A stretch of DNA of 64,000 nt from Microthyrium microscopicum. Taxonomy: Eukaryota. The translations under genes and the position numbers were made by a program. Position 1 is the first letter of the stretch, and each line of letters begins with the position of its first letter. The DNA is taken from positions 1,742,070 to 1,806,069 of the forward strand of contig MU004236.1 in the NCBI GenBank assembly GCA_010405405.1. Reading direction: 5' to 3'. Of this stretch, positions 10,224-22,436 are shown piece by piece. The notes under the pieces were generated by a model, which worked only from the letters and a program-made list of their open reading frames with translations, made no database searches and was not told the origin of the DNA.

Positions 10224-11315
10224 ATGGCTCAAACACTTCGATCTCTCCGAGCTATATATCCATGGATATCAACACCACTAATTGTTCAGGCCCCAATGAA
10301 AGCTCTCGCTGGGCCACAATTGGCCGTTGCAGTCTCATCAGCAGGAGGTATCGGCTTCCTCGGCCCTGGCGACAAACCAGAAACTCTCCTCACCGAACTA
10401 CAAGAATCCAAATCCCTAATTGAACAATCATCTTTAAAGAAACACCTGACCTCCAGTACTCCAATTCTGCCCATCGGCTTCGGCATCCAAACCTGGACCG
10501 GTGACCTCCCAACCACAACAACAGTTCTCTCCAAGGTAGCACCCACTCACCCGCCTGCCATCGCCTGGCTCTTCGCTCCCCGCCACGGCCAAACTGAACT
10601 CGATGAATGGACGCATACATTTCGCACTGTATCTCCATCCACCAAAATCTGGATACAAGTCGCCAGTGTCGCGGATGCCCTCGCCGCTGCCTCATCGGCC
10701 CACGCACCAGACGTACTCGTCCTCCAAGGCACTGATGCGGGCGGTCATTCACGCACCACTGGCGCTGGTATCGCCACTCTCTTGCCCGAGACCGCCGACG
10801 CACTCGCTCGCGCCGGCCACGCCTCCATCCCACTAATCGCCGCAGGCGGTCTCGCAGACGCGCGCGGAGCGGCAGCAATGCACGTGCTGGGAGCCTCAGG
10901 AACTGCAATGGGCACGCGATTCCTCGCGACGCCCGAGGCACGTATTAATAGAGGATATCAGCGCGCGATACTGGCTGGCTCTGATGGTGGTCAAACTACG
11001 GTACGAACACAGCTATACAATCACCTGCGAGGCACGATGGGCTGGCCAAGCGACTATGATGCAAGGGGGCTGGTGAATGCGAGTTGGCGAGATCATATGG
11101 CGGGTGTGACGCTTGAGGAGAATCAGAAGATGCATGTGGAGGCGTTGAGAAAAGGAGAGGACGCTTGGGGAGAGGAAAGGGGACGGACAGCGACGTATGC
11201 GGGGACAGGGGTAGGATTGATACAAGATGTAAAAGATGCGGCGCAGATTGTGAGGGAGGTCAGGGAAGGCATGGGAGAGATTTTAGGGTTGGCGGTTCAA
11301 AGACTTACGGAATAG
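10224..11315 (+). CDS. Nitronate monooxygenase / 2-nitropropane dioxygenase family flavoprotein
   Basis: PLIVQAPM, AVSSAGGIGF, LQGTDAGGH (catalytic His), IAAGGLAD, MGTRF motifs; intronless 363 aa. Confidence 0.92.
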   Translation: MAQTLRSLRAIYPWISTPLIVQAPMKALAGPQLAVAVSSAGGIGFLGPGDKPETLLTELQESKSLIEQSSLKKHLTSSTPILPIGFGIQTWTGDLPTTTTVLSKVAPTHPPAIAWLFAPRHGQTELDEWTHTFRTVSPSTKIWIQVASVADALAAASSAHAPDVLVLQGTDAGGHSRTTGAGIATLLPETADALARAGHASIPLIAAGGLADARGAAAMHVLGASGTAMGTRFLATPEARINRGYQRAILAGSDGGQTTVRTQLYNHLRGTMGWPSDYDARGLVNASWRDHMAGVTLEENQKMHVEALRKGEDAWGEERGRTATYAGTGVGLIQDVKDAAQIVREVREGMGEILGLAVQRLTE

Positions 11316-11379
11316 GGGGCCAGACGGTGGTGCGTATGAATTGTACTATATTGTATAAGTGTCTATGGCACTGTCTACT

Positions 11380-12819
11380 CTATGCTTTCGCTCGCCACTT
11401 CCACTTGGTTGCGAACATTCGCGATATGAATACCAGCGCGGAGCCTACAAGCATCGTCAATCCACTCCAAAGTCGAGCGTTGGTATAGCTACCTGGCTGG
11501 CCAGCTATTCCTTGCAACAAGGCACCGGTGGTGGGAGCCCCAATCAAGCTGCCAGAGCCCATGGCTAAGAAAACAACCCCTATACGAGCACCAAACATGT
11601 GGATGTTTTGCGTCATTCCGGCCACAGCAGTGTTTGGTAGCGAGACCAGTGCTCCAGAGAAGAAGCCATATAGTACCGCTAGTATAATGGTTGGTACCAC
11701 AGAGTGGACACAGATCCAGGCAAGCACTGTTGCTCCGGCTAGAGCGATGGCAGGGACTTGAACATTAAGCGGACCCCAGTGATCAGCCATGAAGTTGGTA
11801 CTGATGCGGCCTACTATACTACCTGCATTGGCCATTGGAAGCAGATATATGGCCAAGTTGGCCGAAAGAAGCTGCTCGCTAAGAGTCCACGCGACGATAT
11901 TGTTGAAGAACATGAAGTACCCAAGAAAGGTGGCGAACATGCCTGCGACATAGAACGCGAACTGAGGATTACGGAGAGCTGGATAGTCGAACAGAGGTAC
12001 TTCGCGTACTGGATTTGGCTTCAGTCGTGGTCTCATAATCAAGTTTGCTGCGAGCAGGGTAACAAGCTGAATGCCAGTCACAATCCGAAGTGTCCAGGGG
12101 AATCCTATCCGCGGAACGAGATCATAGACGACGATAGGATAAACGAGCCCGGCCGACGAGGAGCCAGTGGTTACAATACCAAGAGCTAAACCACGACGCT
12201 TCTCGAACCATTGTCGTGGAATTGCCACTGATGGCACCAAGAACAAGCTCATTCCTAGACCGACCCAGAGTCCTTGTGTAATGATGATGTACACATATTG
12301 CTTGCAAAAGGATGCAGCCAGCATGCCGAATATAGCCATCAAAGTACCATAGCTGATCATCCAACGAAAATAGCCATGATCAACAATCTTCCCAGTCAAA
12401 GCACCACCTCCGAGTAGCAAAAATGCCTGTAAAGACCCAATCCATGCGATTTTATAGGGCGAAGATTGGTCGATGAGTCCTCCTTGGACATAGTAGTCTT
12501 GAAATGCGCCGAACGAATGGAGCATGCCCCAAGAATTGAACATGAGAAGCCATCCACCCAATACCTGGATCCACGGTCGCCATCCGACATCTACAGGATA
12601 TAGGTTTGATTTCGGTATCGCGGTTGCGTTGTTATCGCTGGGGGATATTGACGCATTTCGGCCTGCATGCTGCGCATTCCCATAGGTGGAGACTCGTGGT
12701 GACGCTGAGGGTGTGCTAGACTGCGAATGATACCAAGAAGTCAATTGCAGCTGCGGCAGAGTGCTGTGTGCGCTCTCGTTGCGACTCATTTTGGCCCAAG
12801 TATCCTGAGTGCCAAACAT
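11380..12819 (-). CDS. MFS monocarboxylate-porter family transporter (Mch4/Mch5-like)
   Basis: About 12 hydrophobic segments; NSWG..SFGAFQDYY, WIGSLQ, QWFEKRRGLALGI, NAGSIVGR motifs. Confidence 0.9.
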   Translation of the reverse strand: MFGTQDTWAKMSRNESAHSTLPQLQLTSWYHSQSSTPSASPRVSTYGNAQHAGRNASISPSDNNATAIPKSNLYPVDVGWRPWIQVLGGWLLMFNSWGMLHSFGAFQDYYVQGGLIDQSSPYKIAWIGSLQAFLLLGGGALTGKIVDHGYFRWMISYGTLMAIFGMLAASFCKQYVYIIITQGLWVGLGMSLFLVPSVAIPRQWFEKRRGLALGIVTTGSSSAGLVYPIVVYDLVPRIGFPWTLRIVTGIQLVTLLAANLIMRPRLKPNPVREVPLFDYPALRNPQFAFYVAGMFATFLGYFMFFNNIVAWTLSEQLLSANLAIYLLPMANAGSIVGRISTNFMADHWGPLNVQVPAIALAGATVLAWICVHSVVPTIILAVLYGFFSGALVSLPNTAVAGMTQNIHMFGARIGVVFLAMGSGSLIGAPTTGALLQGIAGQPGSYTNARLWSGLTMLVGSALVFISRMFATKWKWRAKA

Positions 12820-13855
12820 GATGGGCAGAAGGACGAGGACGAGGTTTAATGATGTAGTGCGTGTGGCAAGAAAAGTGACAGAGAGGCATGAGGTAAGGAC
12901 TATGCGAGGACAACCTGTTTGGGTCCAGCGACGTGTTATTTAAGGTGGGTATCCATGGTATCCACTACTACATGAGAGTTGAGGTGTACTCGTTGTGGAC
13001 CACTCAGATGGCTGATACGAACCTGATGGAGCAACCATGGAGACCGAACCGAGATTGGAAAAGTGACTTGTCAAGCCTTTACCGTTCAACCGTTTAACCG
13101 ATGGAACGCAGCTTTCTCAAGACTATGAAAATAATGGATACGAAAAGAGCGACGATAAAGAGGCGTCTGGGGTTTGGTTACACGGTATGAAAATGATGCA
13201 TCGTAATTGGAATCGAAGCGGTTGACCGCAGCATGGCCGCTGTGAACAGCTGCATTTCCAAATTATATGTTTGCTCTAGTATGGCACAGCATAATCTGAA
13301 GGGGACCTTGGGACTGGGGCAGATATGCAGGTCTTCGAGCCGATGATCTCTTTCGACATGATGCAGGAACAAGGCAAGGCTGAAATCTGAGACGGCAGGA
13401 CGGTTACAAGGCTGAGATCTCGATCTAAAAATATGTTATCGCGATCAATCTTATCTTAGCGTCGAGGTCTCGAGGGCGCACAGACACAATCAGATAAGTG
13501 GCGGCAGTTTCCATGAACCAGCTGCTAACATTCCATCAACAACAACAATTCAACAACTTCTCTTTTGCTCCTGCCGTGCCTCGCTCTCCTAGCGCTTCTA
13601 CGTCGGGCCATCTTGTACTCCACAACAGAGGTTGACGGACTTTGTGTGAACATTTGAGGCTTCGCTGCTTCTCTTTTGGATGTGAGTTTATTGTCACTCC
13701 TACCAAACCCTTATCACAATGTAAACAAACAAACATTGAACACTACCCGCCTGCAAGGCTGCAGCCTTCTGCAACAACTACAAAAGATAGGAAGCATGCT
13801 AATTAAAAAATCTACTTAGAATCACATACCTACTCATATTCGTATCTACCTAATT

Positions 13856-16633
13856 ATGTCCGATCCATCGCAATGGCATTCGAGTCGATGCTTGCGGCTC
13901 CTCCGACCCCTACGCGCCCATCTAGCAGCTTTGGAGAGGAGTTACGAAGCGAAGGCACAACAGAAAGAGATTGAAAATGCTGCTGGCTCTATGAAGGCTT
14001 TGGCGAAAGAAAAGCTGGCACATAATCCGGAGGCAGCCTACATGCCGGAGCGGCAATCAAAGCAAGCTAAATACTGCTCCAAGCTTTCGAGAAAACGCAA
14101 AAGGAATGCTCCAGTACCCTCAGCCACACCACTTCGTGGATACGTCGAGATGCCGACCATTTTCAGACAGCGGAATTCTGAGCAGGAAGAGACTGTCAGG
14201 ACTGAGAATCAAGAAAATGAAATCAAGGCTGTAGTGTCGAGACCACGCAAATCTCGCCAGCTGCCGTCTTTCAGTGGCTTGGGAATAGAGATTTATGAAG
14301 ACGGAGTCAAGCGAAGCTATCTTGCAATCCTGCAATTAATGGGCTCGCCATTGAAGACAAAATTCGCAACGGAAACCATTCCCAAAATAACGGTGAGGAC
14401 AAAGGTGCCTAGTCTCAGGACTATGGCCGTGAGAGCTCTGGCAGACGCACTTCACCAAGAAGAATCAGAGCAACGCAACATTCGTGCTGATGAGCGATGT
14501 GACGCCTCCGAAGAAGTATTTGGTGCCCTTAATGATCTACCAGCTGCTAGGGAAGCCGACATGACACTACAAATGCAACTCTTGCGCGCCTATGCGACAA
14601 CGCTAGTCTGCCAGGCCATTCGAGGGCGCCGTCTCACCCCAGAGTTTGGAATTCAGCTCGGGTCAGAGATAGGCTCCTGTGCACCTGAAGTCCGAGATAT
14701 CCTTGATGCTGCGGCTTCAGCTATTCGCCCAGACACAACTTTGAAAAATTGTAAGCGTAGCTCGATGATCTATACTATCGATCGAGTCTTGGATAAAGCC
14801 CAAGAATGGGCTGTATTGTCCAAACAACCTGATGGCCGGATACCAAAATCAATACTCTGTGAATTGCTGCAGAATCCTTCCTTCCCTGTAGATTTCCTGT
14901 CGTTAGCGAAATTCGAAGGCCACTGGGATCGGGTCGTCGAAGATGTTCTTTTTAGCAATTCCCCAGACACTGAATTTCTCCTCGACGCTCTTCGAAAAGG
15001 TTGCGGTATATCTTCCATGACATCCCGACAGCTGTGGGCGCTGCAGCATGTTCCCGCCAATGGATATCAGAACGGACACAGCCCCAACTATGATTGTACG
15101 ACTTGCAAGCATCATGGGCTACGACAAATCCGACCACTGCAAGAAAGCTTTACCGCCTTGACCGCGTCGCTGTTCTGTATCCTTACCTCACTGGTAGTTG
15201 TCGGCACCGAAGAATACACTACACGCCCGAAAGAGACCGATGTAGACGTTGAGTTGGACCTTTCAACAGGACAGCAACTCATTGTTACTGCAAAACAGAA
15301 TGTTAATCTTCTTGGAATTCGTTCTGTCCTCCATCGATTAGCTTGCGAAATTCTGGACTCCGATGTCGACGATTGGATTTTCGAAAAGCGCCACGCGAGG
15401 GAGTGCTCTATTCGATGCTCAACCGTCCTATTCTGCGCCTTGTTGATCGAGAACACCACGGATGTACCGGAAAGCCTAGGCCTACTCGATGTCAATACGA
15501 TTGTCAAATTTATGCTTGATATGGATTCCACAGTTTCCAGTCTGATGGAAGAAGAGTCCGGCATTCTCGAGACTCTACCTTCTTTGTTGGTCTCCATTTG
15601 CAAATCTTGTACCCAGTTGACAGACATATCCGTCGAAGAGTACCTCAAGAACATTGATGACTGTTTTGGATCGATGGCCTCGCTGAACAAGAAGTCTCAT
15701 AACTTTCTGCGCCGCGTATGCCATGATGCAGCAAACGAACTTGACATTGTACTGCCAAACAGCTCCCAAACGCGAAAAGATACCTCCTCAGTCACCAAAT
15801 CGACGCCGATTCGAGCTCGACGCACCTCTTTTGATGAGCAGGATGCAATGGCACTCAGGATGGGCTACAGATTCGAGTCAATGCTTAGCGAATGGGTCGC
15901 GGCAACACCAGCGCGACCAGCGCGACCGACACCGCGCAAGCCGGCCGCTTTATTGGTACCTCAAATGGAATTGTGTCCTCGAAAAGCACCAAACATACGG
16001 GAAACGCAGCCCAAGCGCGTTGCAGTAGTAATCAAGCAGTTTAGAGCAAGCACGATAAGCATGCCGCCACCTGCGCTCCCTGCTCAGCGCTCCGTCATAC
16101 CAGAACGTCTCACAAGCCGTAATCCGTGGCGAGCAACGAAGGGCAAAACAATCATCATCCCAGACTCTTCCTCCGAAACAGAATCTGATCAAGATGACAT
16201 TACTCTACCCAAGCCTAAGCGAGTTATGGGTTCCTTGAGTCGCTCATCTATCAATTCTTCCACCAGCTCTCTGAGCTCTTCATCTCCACGTAACCGTACT
16301 GTGCAGGTGGTTATCCCCTCTACAGCGGTACGAAAACATACACGCCGCATCTCAGACCTGATTTGGTCTTCATCTCCCACGAAACCTGAATTCTCCCCTG
16401 AGCCGCAACAACAACCAGAACGAATCTTAACCTCGGGCAGTCAAAAGCCCAAGCAAAAGCATATCCCTGATAAAGATGCCTATGATTGGAAAAGCTCAGG
16501 TAGTGATGAAGAGAATATTCAGCCCCGTCGTGGACCAGGACGACCACCAAAGGTGGCTAAACCATCACGACGCAGTTTGCGAGCAGTTGACAAGGTCGAT
16601 TATTGCTGGCATGCCGATGAACTGGCGATTTGA
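13856..16633 (+). CDS. Hypothetical protein (925 aa; helical core, S/P/K-rich disordered C-terminus)
   Basis: Long uninterrupted ORF with basic NLS-like stretch (SRKRKR) and an RRGPGRPPK AT-hook-like motif near the C-terminus; no family recognised. Confidence 0.75.
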   Translation: MSDPSQWHSSRCLRLLRPLRAHLAALERSYEAKAQQKEIENAAGSMKALAKEKLAHNPEAAYMPERQSKQAKYCSKLSRKRKRNAPVPSATPLRGYVEMPTIFRQRNSEQEETVRTENQENEIKAVVSRPRKSRQLPSFSGLGIEIYEDGVKRSYLAILQLMGSPLKTKFATETIPKITVRTKVPSLRTMAVRALADALHQEESEQRNIRADERCDASEEVFGALNDLPAAREADMTLQMQLLRAYATTLVCQAIRGRRLTPEFGIQLGSEIGSCAPEVRDILDAAASAIRPDTTLKNCKRSSMIYTIDRVLDKAQEWAVLSKQPDGRIPKSILCELLQNPSFPVDFLSLAKFEGHWDRVVEDVLFSNSPDTEFLLDALRKGCGISSMTSRQLWALQHVPANGYQNGHSPNYDCTTCKHHGLRQIRPLQESFTALTASLFCILTSLVVVGTEEYTTRPKETDVDVELDLSTGQQLIVTAKQNVNLLGIRSVLHRLACEILDSDVDDWIFEKRHARECSIRCSTVLFCALLIENTTDVPESLGLLDVNTIVKFMLDMDSTVSSLMEEESGILETLPSLLVSICKSCTQLTDISVEEYLKNIDDCFGSMASLNKKSHNFLRRVCHDAANELDIVLPNSSQTRKDTSSVTKSTPIRARRTSFDEQDAMALRMGYRFESMLSEWVAATPARPARPTPRKPAALLVPQMELCPRKAPNIRETQPKRVAVVIKQFRASTISMPPPALPAQRSVIPERLTSRNPWRATKGKTIIIPDSSSETESDQDDITLPKPKRVMGSLSRSSINSSTSSLSSSSPRNRTVQVVIPSTAVRKHTRRISDLIWSSSPTKPEFSPEPQQQPERILTSGSQKPKQKHIPDKDAYDWKSSGSDEENIQPRRGPGRPPKVAKPSRRSLRAVDKVDYCWHADELAI

Positions 16634-16931
16634 TTAACTGTCACCCTATCGATTCATTTCTCGGACGCATTCTTCGAAATCTATGAATACGGAGTTTTGG
16701 ATGAAGCTCCTTCGACCTTGGCGGCTTTTTGGATGTAACTATGATACCCCTGGTTTTTGTTGACGTTTTCATTATTATACAGCAACGGTTATGATCAATA
16801 AAGATTCAATACCCAATTCCGTTCCTTATTACAAATTATAGACGCTCCTCAACCAAGCCTGCGTGTTTAAATTATTAGATCCTTCCCAGTAGCTATAATT
16901 ATAACTCTAGGTCTGACACAGAATATAAACT

Positions 16932-17739
16932 CTAGGAACGTCGAGCTAATCTAATGCTGAAGCTCTTCTCCAATCTCTCGATTTCTTCAGCAATGATCAT
17001 CTCGAATCCTTGCTCCAGCTCCTGGTCAGTGATCCGACCAAATCTCAGGTTCAGGTAATAGTATGCGTTGATCAAGGATACCGAGCTGAAAGAATGTTAG
17101 TCCTTCAATCTTTTACGAGGAGCTACGTTGAACTTACAAAGCTATAGCGCCAATAGCACCACACGCCAGGATAAGATTTTGGAAAGGGGCCATCAATAGT
17201 CCCCTCAAGGTAGGCGTCACGAAGAAATTTGCAGGTGCAGGAACTTCCAGAACAATAACTCGGTGTTGGGTGGTAGCAGACGCAAACATCAACCCAAATG
17301 CTGTCGCAGTGCCTACAACATATGCCAGTCCCATTATCAGATTGCCGGCGGACACCCGAGAGTGAGCTGATTTTGGGCTGATTTGGATCATGTAAATTGT
17401 AGCAAGGGTCATCAGGACGCTCTACAATGGATGATTAGACACGCTTCACATGTTCGCTGGAGTTGAGGTATTTACAACAATAAGGTTTACTGTTGAAGCA
17501 ATGGCTAGTAGACCTTTTGGGCTCATGGCTAGAATGGCAGAACTTAGACCTAGCATTGTACCTCCACAGAGCCAGATTAGAATCCACCAGCCAAGCGTCG
17601 TTGAATAGGTATTTTTCAAGGCATTGTAAGGCTCTGACTTGACATCTGCTGATTTAGGGTCATCGGACTTGGAATCTGTCGACTTGGGAGATGTTGCGAA
17701 GCCGGCCTTTTCTTCATCGTATGGAGGTGGTGCTGACAT
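16932..17739 (-). CDS. Small multi-pass membrane protein (3 exons)
   Basis: MSAPPPYDEEK N-terminus (PPxY motif), hydrophobic segments in ORFs 17446..17769 and 17134..17412 joined by GT-AG introns with CTAAT/CTAAC branch points; last exon ends ...LARRS* at 16932. Confidence 0.7.
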
Positions 17740-18297
17740 TGTGTAGATTTGAGATTGTGTTTCCTGCAATTGATCCTTTATTGTATCGAATCCAACGGTC
17801 TAATTCCAACGGCGCTTTAAGTTTTTAAGTTCAAGGCACGCAGCAGAAAGGAGATCTTGAGGCCGTTGCAGAGTGGGGCTTATATTTGATCAGCTTCCAT
17901 ATCTTACTGCATTTGCTGCGCCCCGATGGCGCCCAAATGATCAAGCACGACAAGGCAGACAAGGAGCAGCAGTTGTGACTTTCAGAACATGTCGAACTAC
18001 CTCAATTGTGGGAGCAGTAATTAGTTCTGTGTTACTTATTATCTACAAGGTATGATTCGTGAGGAAAATTGGAATCAATCAATCATGACCCACTTTGGCA
18101 CTTTTGATACTGCAAATTGCCGGCATTATCGATTGCGAGTTATTCCAAGGTTCTATTGTTGATTCAGGGAGGAAGGTCATTATAGCATCCCCTTCAAGCG
18201 CAACTCGATACTTTTATGCCTGGTTGTAGGACCCATTGGTATAAAGTATGACTACAGCCTCATTTATGTGAGGGAATTCTTCCCACTCCAAAAATAC

Positions 18298-19990
18298 CTA
18301 GCTAATAGGATTGTAGAAGTTGAATAGACCTTTGGGGTCGTACTTCTTTTTAAGTTTCTTCAACTTCTCAACCCTCCATCCTTCTCCATATATCTGGTTT
18401 TCAGTCTCCAGGCCCGATGCATAGTTCACGTATACTGGTGGATCTCCTTTCATGCCACTGCCTATGAACAATGCGTCGCGGATCCGGTGAGAATATTCAC
18501 GACCTCTCGCATCAGCCTCTGCGAAAGCTATCGGATGGATGATAAAATTTCCCCTTTGAAAGTTAAGACTGGCTCGGGACAAGATTAAAAACTTACACCA
18601 GAATGTTATATGCCCGGTCAATCACCGCAGTGTTTTCTTCGGGTACAGCTTGGACAGCTTGCATCGAGTAGCTTTCGATTAGCATAAACGAGCGTGCAAA
18701 CGTGTCCTCAGCCGTCACTTTGTTGAATATACTATATGCTTCTCTCATAGCGGTGGCATTGTATGTGTAAAGACTGATAGGCCCAACGTGAATTGCACCA
18801 AATGGGCGACAAAACGGCCCTCCATCATACAGACTGGTCATTACTCCAAGTTGGGTATATTTTCCCACTTGTTCTTGTGAGAATATATGTTCTTTTTCGC
18901 GGAAGAGCTTAACGTATGGCTCGGCTTGATCTGGTGGCCCGTCGTATACGATACTCAAGCTGATAATTGCCTACATGGGATTAGATAACAGTGCAAAAAG
19001 TTGAAATAACTTACATTGTTCGGATCAAAATCTGGTAAGCGCACGATGCTTGTCTGATATGTCAACTCAGCAGGATGGCTGTGATCTTCCAGAGCGTTGA
19101 ATGTACTGAACACGTCTTCTAGTTTGTCCTCAGAGTAGATGAAAGATGCTACCGTCCATCTGTCGTCCACCTTTTTGTCATATACCTTATGCACAAACTC
19201 CGAAACGATACCAAAATTGTGACCGCCGCCACGTAGTGCCCAAAAAAGATCCGCATTGGTCTGCTCAGAAACAGTAAGAACACTGCCGTCCCCAATCACA
19301 AGCCGAGCTTCAACCAGATTATCAGCAATCAAGCCGTACTCTCCTTGTAAAACTCCATGTCCTCCTCCTAGCATCACGCCGGCCAAGCCTGTACATTCGC
19401 AATAGCCAGTGACTGCAAACAGAATGTCAGCAAGGATCGTCACTACAGCACATGCCTTATTAATGCATTACCTGTTCGTTTCCCGATTGCATCAAGAGCG
19501 TGGAGTAACTCTCCGCTTTTCCAGCCTGGTCCAAGTTTTGCAGTCGTGCCATCTTTTCGCAGTTCTACTGTCTTCATTCTTCTGGTTGAAATGGCGAGGC
19601 CGCCCTTCAACTTGGCCAATGTATTGGTCATCCCATGCCCCCCTCCAAGAGCAAGAAACGGTATTGAATGTAAATTGGCAAAGCGAATCTATATCAAATC
19701 AGAAGACATCATCTTTTGGCAGTTCAGGTGCTGCATACCGTCTCCTGGATGTCTTTTTCGGTGGCTACTTCAACGATAGCCCGATAAGATGGCGCAGCGT
19801 GCTCTTGCCACCTTGCTGTTGCATTCACCCATCGTGTGTCATCTGGGAGTAAAATTGTACCCGATATGAGGGGCCCAAGCTCCGCTGTAATATTTGGTGT
19901 TGAGAAATATAGGTTGAGCGGGTTCTGCCCGGAAAAGACTGAAGATATGGCTCCGAGCGCCAGAGTTCCAACGTACAGGACTGCCTCCAT
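18298..19990 (-). CDS. Secreted FAD-linked oxidoreductase (FAD_binding_4 + BBE domain), multi-exon
   Basis: Signal-like MEAVLYVGTLALGA; ARGGGHG (covalent FAD His), LGGGHG..GEYGLIADN, DLFWALRGGGHNFGIV, YVNY, LKKKYDPKGLF; exons separated by canonical short introns. Confidence 0.9.
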
Positions 19991-20582
19991 GTTGTTTTTG
20001 CTGGAAATCAAGACTAGCCTGGTATCCGGACGAGGAGACGTTGAAGGTTTCCGCACGAGGTTACGATCCGTCGTACAGTTTGAGGACCCGAATAAGCAGC
20101 CAGCCACCACTTCAGATCGACATGCATGTTGGTTGATTCTCTGATTGGCTGAGACGAAACCTGATTTCCAAGTCGCTTTGTGTATTAGCATAAGATAAAT
20201 GTTTACAGAATTAAGTCTCTCTAAAATATCAATGTTCCTAAAATATCGAGCGTATTATATGAGGCAATGCAAATAGAGATCAAAGTAGAATTGCTGTAAC
20301 TTGTAAGTGGCCGTATCTGCATAACGCCAATCGTAAAATGTATAATGGGAACATTATCTGAATACTAAGAACTCTTACAAAGCTAAATGCTCAATAAGAT
20401 GTTGTAAAAAGTGACCTCACCTGTCTTGCCACGAATGTCTTTTTTGCTGCTTGAGGTTCGTAATGCTGATCATCAAATGCTATTCACCAGCAAATGCGCA
20501 CACCGTGTGCCTACACAGCGAAACAGATACGCTTGGAATTGAAAAGCAGGTATGATCTTATGATATCTCTTATATTTCATCC

Positions 20583-22436
20583 CTAAATATAGATATAACA
20601 GAATTTGCCACCGTTTCCACCAAGTTGGTCCATGGCTTCTTTCAACTTGATTGGAGGTGCTAGCCATTCTAAATCGATCATAGATTCCATTGGATCCGCC
20701 CGACGTTGCTTATGGGAGTGGCCCACTGTTGGCAAAGCACTTAGACGAGTCTCGGGGTCCTGCATTTGCCAAATCCACCAAAGTCTGTCAAGCATGCCGT
20801 GATGGAAATAGAATACTGGATCCCCCGGCGATGTAGATGGATCACCACCTGGGTCTACAGGGAAGATATAATGGCCGGCGGTATGTATACCCCACGGATA
20901 GGGATCATTTTTGGGCGCTGGCTGGCCTAAAAGTCGGTTGTAAAAGCCGTTGACGGTTTTCTCGGTGACCAAATCATATTGATGCTTTGCTGTAGCTCCC
21001 ATGGCAGCGTCGCGGTTGATATCGCGACGTATACAACGTGGGTTTGAGCCTAATCCGTCGGATCGTGGATTTTTGGGGACGCTTGGATTCCTTGACATTA
21101 CAGGACCCAGGCTCACAACCATACTATCAATATGTTAGCCATTTCACTTCTCCCAGACCGTCAAAGAAGAAGGATGACTTTGAGATATCACAGACTCTTT
21201 GAAAGGCCCTTCGGTCATGCAACCTCCACCACCTCCCGACTTGATAATGCTGGGAGTGCGTCCCATCTGCGGCACTCCTTTGTAGTTGGGGTCATAGGCG
21301 CCGTTACCTCCCATGCTGGAAGCATTGCCATTAAACATTGGGTCATCTGGGTCATTTTTTGTATAGCGGTCATAGTCCATGTACTACCAGAGTATTAGTC
21401 TAAAAGAATCAATGATGACAACTTCACGTACCGGGTGGTAACCTTTGTATCCACATTCGTTTCGAAGGGCTTCCTCATAAACATAAAGAAAATATCGATG
21501 CGCTGTAAATAAATTGTTCGTGTTATGTAGCATTCCAGCGTGTGTTACGTGAAAAGCTACAAAATCATCAAATCGAGATATAGCGCCCGGGTATCTGGAT
21601 TGTTAGCGGAAAGCATCAGAGGGAAGCTCTTCCTGGTCAACATTGTACTGAAGCACTCGATACGCTACCGAAATGCCGTATTGGATGGCACTTGCCACCC
21701 TATACGGCTTCGCTGGAATATCAAGCGGCATCTTTACGATTGATATTGGCACCTGAAGAATCTTACTTGGTCTTGTTTGCCGTTGCGGGTTTCTTCATGA
21801 GGCATTTGACGGCTGCGACATAATCCAGTCGTTGACTTACAGTGAGATCGCCCCTAAGGTTTATCAATAGATTGTCAATCACGAAAAGCATTACCAAAAT
21901 CAATACGCCTCGGAAAGCCTTACAATCATTCAGCCTACGAGCTCGTGGCGCCCTATAGGCAGCTTGAGCTTGCTATGGGAGCCATGATTTGCGACACTTT
22001 GACCCACAAATATTGGCTCACGAGGAAACTCACCATTCTCGTCGGACTTTGGCATTTTCTATCGTGCCTTGAATGGTATTAGCAAGGGTTGGGGATGGAT
22101 TTTGAAGCGACCCACAGTTGTTGTTCGTTTTTGCTGCAATCTTTTTGTTCAACCAAGTTTCGACCTTTGGCATAAGCGATTCTTCCAGTTTATCCACAAC
22201 GTTCAAGGGATATTTTCCATTTCGGACGCTTCAGCATTTTGTCAGCAAGAAGGAGGTTTTTGCACGAGCGATGATGTAACGTACACTTCAATCTTGGGAT
22301 TATATTGAGCCGATACTGACGATGCCAATACTACAACTCCTGACGATGCGTTAGTACAAACTCGTTATTAACATTGATCTAGGCCGTGGGTTTTACCAAT
22401 AATGAGCGTAGTGGGCGCACCCCGAATAAAACGCAT
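20583..22436 (-). CDS. Secreted tyrosinase / di-copper-centre protein, multi-exon
   Basis: CuA: SRFDDFVAFHVTHAGMLHNTNNLFTAHRYFL...LRNECGYKGY (exon ~21432-21594); CuB: GIHTAGHY...SPGDPVFYFHHGMLDRLW; ATG at 22436 with signal-like N-terminus. Confidence 0.88.
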